A stretch of DNA of 28,352 nt from a virus (lineage: Duplodnaviria; Caudoviricetes): the IMG/VR virus record IMGVR_UViG_3300012267_000021, positions 1 through 28,352 of that record, one strand, 5' to 3'. How positions within the stretch are numbered: position 1 is the stretch's first letter; every line of letters starts with the position of its first letter. The position numbers were made by a program, and so were the translations under genes. A model generated the notes under the pieces. The model made no database searches. It had not been told where the DNA came from and saw nothing but the letters and a program-made list of their open reading frames with translations. Below, in pieces: positions 18,916 through 26,128 of the stretch.

Positions 18916-19302
18916 TTATTGTTTTACAATTTCTCCAGTGTCGGGATTGAACCCTAAACCTTCATTCTCTCTAAAGCCATACTGTGGCCATATTTCTTTC
19001 TTCAAGACAGTATAACGCTTCTTGGCATCTTCGTACCTTTGCGCTCTAGAGGCCACAACTTCTCGCTGCTTCTCTATTTTAGACTCCAGTAGCCTGAGTG
19101 ACAACAACATATTGTTCAATGCTTGCTCTTCATTCCCCATTTCCAACTTACTTATTCTAATGTCTCTGTCAGTTATTTCTATAACTCTTAAGTGATCTGC
19201 ACTTAGATGAGTATTAACTTTCTCGACCTTGGCCGATTCTTTTCCTGTTTTCTTTTTTGTTTTCTTCTCAGTTGGTCTTGTTCTCTTTTTTGTCGTGGCC
19301 AT
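18916..19302 (-). CDS. Coiled-coil protein with a basic N-terminus; possible fibre assembly chaperone
   Basis: Heptad-rich centre and C-terminal YG...GFNPDTGEIV. Confidence 0.5.
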   Translation of the reverse strand: MATTKKRTRPTEKKTKKKTGKESAKVEKVNTHLSADHLRVIEITDRDIRISKLEMGNEEQALNNMLLSLRLLESKIEKQREVVASRAQRYEDAKKRYTVLKKEIWPQYGFRENEGLGFNPDTGEIVKQ

Positions 19303-19303
19303 A

Positions 19304-19843
19304 TTACCCTCCTAAAACTGTCGGTAGTTTTATTTCTACCAGTATTTCATTCCCTCCAAGGGACTTACCTACTTGAACTAAATATTTTGCATCCGGGACT
19401 GTGGGTCTTACATTAGTAATCCCGCCCAGTTCGTCAAGAAATAAAATATCATTCGCTGTAAAAACTGAGTAGTCTATAGAGTTTGCTACTCCTAAAATAA
19501 GAACCTCTACTGTCTCAGTCTGTAGTGCAGCATTAAGGGCCAGGCCCATAACCTTTGCTTCGTCAAGGTCTATTGAGTTGTCGGCCATGCCAATTTCATT
19601 TGTGCCTGTAGAATAAACTAAATCTCCTGCAAATATTTGCTCCGAGGCCACTCTGTCTATAATGAGACTGGCCGCTTTGGCAGCTACTTGTGAAGGAATT
19701 AAAGAAGCGTCAAACTTCCCATTTGAACCTGTAATAGCTGGAGAGTCAGGAGTAGAAGTAGTAACAAAAGAGCCAGTTGTGTATGCGCTCGCCTCTTTTT
19801 TAATCCCGTCTACATCTGTATACTCAAAATTTCTTATAGTCAT
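19304..19843 (-). CDS. Capsid decoration/cement-like protein (DUF2190-like domain)
   Basis: ASEQIFAGDLVY...VMGLALNAA...LFLDELGGIT..RP...VQVGKS. Confidence 0.6.
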   Translation of the reverse strand: MTIRNFEYTDVDGIKKEASAYTTGSFVTTSTPDSPAITGSNGKFDASLIPSQVAAKAASLIIDRVASEQIFAGDLVYSTGTNEIGMADNSIDLDEAKVMGLALNAALQTETVEVLILGVANSIDYSVFTANDILFLDELGGITNVRPTVPDAKYLVQVGKSLGGNEILVEIKLPTVLGG

Positions 19844-21747
19844 AGCCTCACCACCCTTTCGCCTTTGACAAATAAGAATTTATCTTGTCCGAAAGACTGT
19901 CCAACTCTTATTTTTATGTGTCCTGACGTAGTGGTCACAGTGCTGGATATTTCCCCTGGAGTAGTGTCACTTAAGTAGTAATCCTCTGCCGGATTAAGCC
20001 CCGAATATATAGGCCCTGACAGACCATTAAATCTAATATCGCATTTAGTAGATGAACTCTTGGCCTCTACTAATCCCACGACGTTAGATGTATTATAAGT
20101 ATCTGCTAAAGCATTCCTAGCAAGTGAGCCGCTGTCTACATAGACAAAAGAACCTACATATACACTGGCCTCGCAATCTACATCCTTGAGCAAACTCGCG
20201 TCAGGAACATCTACTCTCACTTCTATTTGACTTGCAGTGTTGTTTTTATCGTACTCTGAAAGACTTGGCTCTACATCTGAAAGTGCGTCCCACTCTGACA
20301 TAGGGACAACTGGGAAGGCAGTTATGTTGTCTCCAACAAAGTCTATTTTCTGTACAGAGCTCGCTATTAACTCGCCTTCATCGCAAATCTGAATATCTGC
20401 TTGACTAGCGGGGATGTCTACAGTAGTTGTCCCTAGCCCGTCGTCGGTGATAACTACGCCGTCGCCTGTGAACTCTAACTCCGATGTCTCCACTGTGTTG
20501 ACAAGAAGAGTAGAGCCTCCTCCTGCCGCTATGTCTACATCGACTTGTCCTTCAACGCCCTCAGTAACAGTAACTCCGTCTCCAGTAAAATTGACTTTAT
20601 TGGAAGAAGCTACTAGGGCCCCATCTTGGAATAGTTGAATCAAGCTCCTACTTACAATAGAGCCGCCACCACTGGCCTGTGCCTCGGGCATAGAAAAGGT
20701 GTTAGACCTTATTCTCTCCCCGTCGCTCATAACAAATACGAAATAGTATCTCTCGTGGTTTATGTCTTTTCTTACAATTATTTCAGATATTTGAGGAGCA
20801 TCTTCTCCGTCTTCTCCGTCTCTTCCGTCTTCCCCTTGAAGACCTTCAAACCCCTGCGGGCCCATGATGCCCTGTAGGCCAGGCATTCCAGGGATACCCC
20901 TTGGACCTATTTGACCTTTTTCCCCAGGCTCTCCAGTTTTACCTTTCTGCCCTCTAGGGCCCCTGGCCCCACGGATATTCTCTAAGTCTCTTGAAGATAA
21001 ATCTTCAAACTTGAGTTTAAGCTCTTCTCTTTCTTCTTCATTTAAGTTCTCGAACTTTAGTCGTAAAGACTCTTTATTATCCAAAACGAGTTTTTCGATT
21101 TTATTTCTAGACTCTTTAAAATCAAAGTCACGACCGTCTTTACCTGGACGCCCTTTGTCACCTCTATCACCTTTGAGCTCTACTTTTTGTTCTTCATTTA
21201 AGTCCTCGAACTTTAGTCTGAGGTCTTCTCTTAGGGAGTTAATGACATCGGATATAATACACTTTATGTCTTGCGAGTGGTCCTCAAAACTGAAAGACTC
21301 TCCGGGCTTACCTCGCTGTCCTCTTGCGCCCTTATCTCCTTTGAGTAGGGCAACTTCCTCGTCGTCTAGGTCGCTAAACTTAAGTTTTAGTTCTTCTTTT
21401 TTCTTGTTAATTAAATTTAATATTTCGGACTTAACTAAAGATAAATTCTCTTCTAAGTTAAAATCTCTTCCGTCTACCCCACTCGCACCTGGAACACCTT
21501 TAGGTCCACGTTCGCCTTTAAGCTCGGCTTTATCTTCTGGAGACAATGCCGGGTACTTAGGAAAAACTTCCTCAACAAAATTCTGTATTTCTTGTTTGTG
21601 GTCTTTTAGATGAAAGTCATTTCCGTCTTGTCCATCTCTCCCTCTAAATCCTCTTGGGCCGCGTATGGGCTCAATCCGGGAAACATGTTCATGTACAGCA
21701 TCCTCCGCCAATCTAAGGGCGAGGGCCATTAAGACTTCATTCTTCAC
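19840..21747 (-). CDS. Collagen-like fibre protein with a C-terminal decoration-like domain
   Basis: Several G-X-Y runs alternating with helical LKF(E/S)DL.EE repeats, three (V/L/I)xFxGD repeats, and C-terminal VGSFVYV...VVGLV...YYLSD..PG...RVGQS. Confidence 0.75.
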   Translation of the reverse strand: MKNEVLMALALRLAEDAVHEHVSRIEPIRGPRGFRGRDGQDGNDFHLKDHKQEIQNFVEEVFPKYPALSPEDKAELKGERGPKGVPGASGVDGRDFNLEENLSLVKSEILNLINKKKEELKLKFSDLDDEEVALLKGDKGARGQRGKPGESFSFEDHSQDIKCIISDVINSLREDLRLKFEDLNEEQKVELKGDRGDKGRPGKDGRDFDFKESRNKIEKLVLDNKESLRLKFENLNEEEREELKLKFEDLSSRDLENIRGARGPRGQKGKTGEPGEKGQIGPRGIPGMPGLQGIMGPQGFEGLQGEDGRDGEDGEDAPQISEIIVRKDINHERYYFVFVMSDGERIRSNTFSMPEAQASGGGSIVSRSLIQLFQDGALVASSNKVNFTGDGVTVTEGVEGQVDVDIAAGGGSTLLVNTVETSELEFTGDGVVITDDGLGTTTVDIPASQADIQICDEGELIASSVQKIDFVGDNITAFPVVPMSEWDALSDVEPSLSEYDKNNTASQIEVRVDVPDASLLKDVDCEASVYVGSFVYVDSGSLARNALADTYNTSNVVGLVEAKSSSTKCDIRFNGLSGPIYSGLNPAEDYYLSDTTPGEISSTVTTTSGHIKIRVGQSFGQDKFLFVKGERVVRL

Positions 21748-21793
21748 TATTCACCTAATGCGCTCAAGGGCGATTTTAGTCTCTAGTTACACT

Positions 21794-23098
21794 CTACTTA
21801 CTTTTACTCAGCAAGAAATCTTTTACAACTGCCCGCAACTCTTTCTCTTCTTCCTCGTTTAGATCGTCTTGCGCTGTACTCTCTTTAACTTTATTTATTT
21901 GAGAGTCCACAATTTCGTCTATCCTGTCGGCAGGGGAGAAGTTGTTTGTGGCAATGAAGAATCTTTCTCCACCTTCGTAGGGGCTCATGCCCTCTTTTTG
22001 TCTGATTTCATTTGGAGTCATAGCGGCGTTCTGCATCATACGATTAAAGTATTGAGAGCGAGTTTCCATGTCGCCTCTAAATACAGCGTACATGTCGAAC
22101 TCAGTTTTTCTACCGCCTCTTCTATTATTTAGAAGTTTCACATCTGCTTCGCACTCTAGGTTTCTGGCCCAAGCATCTAAGGTATCTGTGGCCACTTCTA
22201 AGTTGGCATGTTCAATATTGTTGTAAGTGGCAGAGTCTCCATCAAATAGTTTTGTCGGAGGCACGCCAAGGAATCGGGCTATTTCAAACACAGAAAACTT
22301 TCTGGTTTCTAGGAATTGTAAAACATCTGGGGCAAGTGAGACAGGCTCAAACTTTGCGCCCTCTTCAAGCACTGCCGTCCCTCCGGCCTTTCTCCCGCCG
22401 TGAGCTTCTTGCCAAGACTCTTTAATTCTTTTAAAGGCTTCATCGCTTAAACTTCCACCCACTTCTATAACGCCACTTGGCATACCGCCATTGGAGAATA
22501 GCCCATTGGCAAATTGATCTGCCCCTAGGCTAATCCCTAGTGTGGTCGTAGCGTAACTAACTACTCCCTGGCCCATAACTCCGTTGTCGCTTGTAATGAA
22601 GTTCTTTAAGTGAAACACATCTTCTTTTGCTAGGTACGCATCTTGTCCCGGGTATGCAGCAGAGCCGCCTATAATTCTATAGATTAGGTTTCCGTCTGGG
22701 TCTCTCCAGGGCTGTACGTCTCTTGGGTCCATAAGCCAAAGTTGAGTCGGCATTCCACGCAAGTCTCTTACAATTTCTGCGTAGCTATTTCCAAAAATAA
22801 TGGCCCATTGGACCATGCAGTTTTTAAAGTGAAATGCATTTACTTCTGGGTTGGGGGCGACTTGTAAAAGATTTGAAAGGGAGTTGTTTACAAGTTTGTT
22901 ATCCGCGTCTTTTATCTCCCAAGGTATTTTAGAAATCTGAGTGGAGATATATGTAAGGCCTCTGTAAAAAGCAGACACCTCTTTGGCACTGTCAGGAGAT
23001 ACTACTGAGCCTCCTGACAATTGAATATATCGCCTAGGGGATTGCGGTTGCCTGGGGCGGTACTTCTTATTTTTAAAGAATGGTAGTTTCCAGGCCAT
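21794..23098 (-). CDS. Portal protein, HK97 family
   Basis: PNPEVNAFHF, FGNSYAEI, VFHLK, FSNGGMPSGVI, QFLETRKFSVFEIARFLGVPP, MTPNEIRQKEGM. Confidence 0.96.
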   Translation of the reverse strand: MAWKLPFFKNKKYRPRQPQSPRRYIQLSGGSVVSPDSAKEVSAFYRGLTYISTQISKIPWEIKDADNKLVNNSLSNLLQVAPNPEVNAFHFKNCMVQWAIIFGNSYAEIVRDLRGMPTQLWLMDPRDVQPWRDPDGNLIYRIIGGSAAYPGQDAYLAKEDVFHLKNFITSDNGVMGQGVVSYATTTLGISLGADQFANGLFSNGGMPSGVIEVGGSLSDEAFKRIKESWQEAHGGRKAGGTAVLEEGAKFEPVSLAPDVLQFLETRKFSVFEIARFLGVPPTKLFDGDSATYNNIEHANLEVATDTLDAWARNLECEADVKLLNNRRGGRKTEFDMYAVFRGDMETRSQYFNRMMQNAAMTPNEIRQKEGMSPYEGGERFFIATNNFSPADRIDEIVDSQINKVKESTAQDDLNEEEEKELRAVVKDFLLSKSK

Positions 23099-23118
23099 AG
23101 CTAATCCTCAGAAATGAA

Positions 23119-23412
23119 TTATAGTTCTAACTCAGACTCGTCTTTCTTTCCTAAAAGGTCAAGACTTGCATCTTTCTTAGACTTAGCATCTTTCTTAACT
23201 TCTTTCTTATCTTCTTTCTTAACTTCTTTCTTAACTTCTTTCTTTACTTCTTTCTTAACTTCTTTCTTAGGTATTTCTTTGGCATCTACAGCTAAGTTTC
23301 TTTTAAGCCATCGATCTGCTTCGCCTTTATCGTTACTTACTTCAACTTCTTGGCCTTCTTTGTACTTGAGTTCTCCTCTATACATGGCATCGCCTATAAA
23401 TCTAAGTTTCAT
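23119..23412 (-). CDS. Small head-associated protein with a KKEV low-complexity tail
   Basis: N-terminal domain (YKEGQEVEV...ADRWLKRNLA) like small post-capsid genes; tandem KKE(V/D). Confidence 0.6.
   Translation of the reverse strand: MKLRFIGDAMYRGELKYKEGQEVEVSNDKGEADRWLKRNLAVDAKEIPKKEVKKEVKKEVKKEVKKEDKKEVKKDAKSKKDASLDLLGKKDESELEL
23189..23269. repeat. 12-bp tandem repeat (about 6-7 copies, unit acttctttctta) encoding KKEV
   Basis: Directly visible in the sequence. Confidence 0.9.
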
Positions 23413-23428
23413 AATTCACTCCAATGAG

Positions 23429-23452
23429 AAAAAAGGGCCCACGTGGGCCCTT
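23429..23452 (-). terminator. Rho-independent terminator; perfect 20-bp palindrome AAGGGCCCACGTGGGCCCTT
   Basis: Palindrome at 23433-23452 with a T6 run on the minus strand. Confidence 0.8.
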
Positions 23453-23474
23453 ATTCTTGTGTTTAAATATCTTA

Positions 23475-23957
23475 CTAAAGCTCTAGTTCGTAAGCAGGAA
23501 GCTTGTCGGCAGGACCAACATAAATAGCGTGAACAAGACGAGCAGTAGCATCACCAGTAACATCTACTGAAAAGTGGCTAAAGTCATTGTTTACGTCTAA
23601 GTCTTCTGCAAGTACTTCAAAAGCGAAAACCGCTTTATCTACATCTGCTACTGCGAACAAGTCGTAACTTGCAGCGGCAGAAGCAGGCTCAACTTTCGTA
23701 AAAGAAGAAGCAGCATCTACTTTGTGGTAGTACATGTTATCGACTGATAAGTCTTTAGAGTCACCCGCAGAGGCAGCATTGTGTTGTCTAAGAGTTAAGC
23801 TCAAAGCTGCACTAGCTGTAGCTGCCACAGAAACTAAAACAGTTACTCTGTGTAGGTTTTCTAGAGAAATACGCTCGCCATTGACGGCAGAGGCACTTAC
23901 TTCTTGTGGGACAATTCCGTCCTTAATCCCATATTCTTCTGCTAAAAACGCTTCCAT
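23475..23957 (-). CDS. Putative capsid decoration / minor head protein
   Basis: 160 aa, Ala-rich, directly after the capsid gene; strong RBS and its own terminator; EVLAEDLDVNNDFSH motif. Confidence 0.65.
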   Translation of the reverse strand: MEAFLAEEYGIKDGIVPQEVSASAVNGERISLENLHRVTVLVSVAATASAALSLTLRQHNAASAGDSKDLSVDNMYYHKVDAASSFTKVEPASAAASYDLFAVADVDKAVFAFEVLAEDLDVNNDFSHFSVDVTGDATARLVHAIYVGPADKLPAYELEL

Positions 23958-24002
23958 ATAATTTCTCCTTAAAAGGTTTTGTTCATTTTAATTGTACATC
24001 TT

Positions 24003-24028
24003 AAAAAGGCCCTAGTTTCCTAGGGCCT
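24003..24028 (-). terminator. Rho-independent terminator after the major capsid gene
   Basis: GGCCCTAG-GAAA-CTAGGGCC followed by T5. Confidence 0.85.
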
Positions 24029-24033
24029 ATTAT

Positions 24034-25317
24034 TTATCTGTCGGCCAAAGTAACGAAACCTGACATTTCATAGTTACCATATTGAGTCACAACTGGACTC
24101 TTGAATGGACAAGAACCGTCAACTCTCATGATGAACTTATAAGCAGTTTGGTCACGATCAAAGTAAAGGTGAGTAGAAACATCGCTTCTAATACCAGCAC
24201 TTTTCATGATTGAGTAGTAGTAGCTTAGGTCAGCAAACATAATGTCGCCTTCGTCACCTAGGGCCTTCATACCACCGAGTAGTGGAAGGACTGGTCGTCC
24301 AAGAAGTGTCCCATAAGGAGTCTGATTCATTTGTGAACCAGGAGCAATATAGATGAAGTTACCATTGTCGTCAGTCATAGACTTAAGTTGTTCTTCAACT
24401 TCTGGGTTGATAAACCATACAGCGTTAGCACGTGAACGAGGAATCATTCTGCTATACATTTTGATTACGTTACGAGCAACAACTGTGTCGGCATCTTGTC
24501 CAGACTCGGCAGCTACAGTTACTTTAAAACCAGAAGTCAAAATCCCTTTTGGTTTGCCAATGCCATTGCCAGTAAGGATAGCTTCGTTGATTTTGTGCAT
24601 AATAGCTTCTGGGGCCATGGCACGAATATAGCTTTCAAGAGCAACGGCATCTTCAAGAAGTTCGTCAGTTGTTTTCACAAGAGCGGCTACTTTATGAAGT
24701 CTCCAGTTTGCTTGTCCAAAGCTGTGGTCAGAGCCAGTGATGGGTTGGCCTTCGGCGGTCCAGTAGGCTTGTACGCCACCTGTCCAAGGTTGGTTTTCAT
24801 CAGTTGGAAGGCTAAGAGCGTTTCCACCGATAGGGAATTGTCGTGTACGACTAATAAGAGCTTCGTCTGAGCCCATTTTCTGAGCGATTTCTTCTCTCAT
24901 TTCTTCTGGTACAAGAAATCCACCGTCTTCACCGTTCTTCTCATACATTGTATTTTGAAAACGCTTGTCGATGTCTCCGGCAGAGGCACGTTTAACGGCC
25001 ATAAGGAAATCACCTGAGCTCTCAAATCCGCCCAACTTGTCTTTCTTAGTTTTAGAAACAGTTACGGCACCGTAAGAGTTGCTTGAAGCAGCGTTCTCGA
25101 TTGGCTTAGTAGCTGTTTGACGCTTAGGAGCAGAAGCAGTTTGTTTCATTACTTCAATGCGCTCTTTAGCTTCAATGTTTTTCTTAAGCCCGCCGAACTC
25201 ATCGTTAAGGGCATTTACTTCTTCTACTTGCTCGTCACTGAAACTTTCAATGTCTTGAAAATCTTCTAGCTTAGAAACGATTTCCGCAAGTCTCGCTTTC
25301 ATTTGTTCCAAATTCAT
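24034..25317 (-). CDS. Major capsid protein, HK97 fold, with N-terminal coiled-coil scaffold (delta) domain
   Basis: DGGFLVPEE, AYWTAEG, TDELLEDA, ILTGNGIGKPKGIL, TLLGRPV, FDRDQTAYKFIMRVDG. Confidence 0.96.
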   Translation of the reverse strand: MNLEQMKARLAEIVSKLEDFQDIESFSDEQVEEVNALNDEFGGLKKNIEAKERIEVMKQTASAPKRQTATKPIENAASSNSYGAVTVSKTKKDKLGGFESSGDFLMAVKRASAGDIDKRFQNTMYEKNGEDGGFLVPEEMREEIAQKMGSDEALISRTRQFPIGGNALSLPTDENQPWTGGVQAYWTAEGQPITGSDHSFGQANWRLHKVAALVKTTDELLEDAVALESYIRAMAPEAIMHKINEAILTGNGIGKPKGILTSGFKVTVAAESGQDADTVVARNVIKMYSRMIPRSRANAVWFINPEVEEQLKSMTDDNGNFIYIAPGSQMNQTPYGTLLGRPVLPLLGGMKALGDEGDIMFADLSYYYSIMKSAGIRSDVSTHLYFDRDQTAYKFIMRVDGSCPFKSPVVTQYGNYEMSGFVTLADR

Positions 25318-25354
25318 AACTTTTCTCCTATAAAATGGTTTTAGTTAAGCTACG

Positions 25355-26068
25355 CTACTTGCGAGCTAAAAACTCTTTAATATTATTTTTGAAGTCTTTG
25401 ACCTTTTCACGGGCCATTGCATCTCGTGTTTTCATATTTGGTCTAGACTTAATCCAGTTAGCATTCTCGATTAAACTAGCGGCAACTCTCATCTGAGACT
25501 CATCATTGTCAGAAATTCTATCTGCAAATCCCATTTCAACTGCCTCTTCTGCATTAAGCCAAGTATCTTTCATGAGCATTCTAGAAATCTCTGCACTAGA
25601 AAGTCCAGTTTTTCTAGAATAAATTCCAGTCATCTGTGCTTCGATCTTATCCAGTACCTCGATCATGTCTTCCATTTCTCGGGCATTACCCATAACTCCT
25701 GACATAGGAGCGTGGACCATGAAGAAAGCTCCTTCGCCTATAATGACCTCGTCTCCGGCCAGTGCGATAATTGAAGCAATAGAAGCGGCCATGCCGTCTA
25801 CATACACAGTGACCTTGGCCTTATGTTGTCTTAGTCTTTCATAGATTGTGACGCCATCAAATACTGACCCGCCTGGAGAATTTATTCTTAAGTTGATCTT
25901 CTTAACTGACTCTGGAAGGACCTTAAGCTCGTCCGAAAAAGACTTGGCCGACACTGAGTCTTCCCAGAAGTCATCCCCTACTGCGCCATATAAAAGTATG
26001 TCCGCCTCGGATTGTCTGGCCTCAATTTTAAACTCAGTTTTAGCTTTAGCTGTGTCAATTAATTTCAT
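25355..26068 (-). CDS. ClpP-like (S14) prohead maturation protease
   Basis: RINSPGGSVFDG, DGMAASIASIIALAGD, FMVHAP, TWLNAEEAVEMGFAD. Confidence 0.95.
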   Translation of the reverse strand: MKLIDTAKAKTEFKIEARQSEADILLYGAVGDDFWEDSVSAKSFSDELKVLPESVKKINLRINSPGGSVFDGVTIYERLRQHKAKVTVYVDGMAASIASIIALAGDEVIIGEGAFFMVHAPMSGVMGNAREMEDMIEVLDKIEAQMTGIYSRKTGLSSAEISRMLMKDTWLNAEEAVEMGFADRISDNDESQMRVAASLIENANWIKSRPNMKTRDAMAREKVKDFKNNIKEFLARK

Positions 26069-26087
26069 AAATAGTCTCCTAGCTAAA

Positions 26088-26126
26088 AGACTAGATATGA
26101 AAAAAGGAAATGTAAACTTTTTACAT
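26088..26126 (-). promoter_or_regulatory. Candidate sigma70-like promoter (TTTACA-17-TAGTCT) overlapped by an inverted repeat ATGTAAA-3-TTTACAT
   Basis: -35 at 26111-26116, -10 at 26088-26093, inverted repeat at 26110-26126, in the terL/protease spacer. Confidence 0.45.
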
Positions 26127-26128
26127 GC

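Noticed and set aside
23189-23269. Tandem repeat as a CRISPR array or replication iterons
   Set aside because: 12-bp units without spacers, in frame, encoding KKEV.
25355-26068. Host housekeeping clpP
   Set aside because: Context directly before the capsid gene indicates a phage prohead protease.
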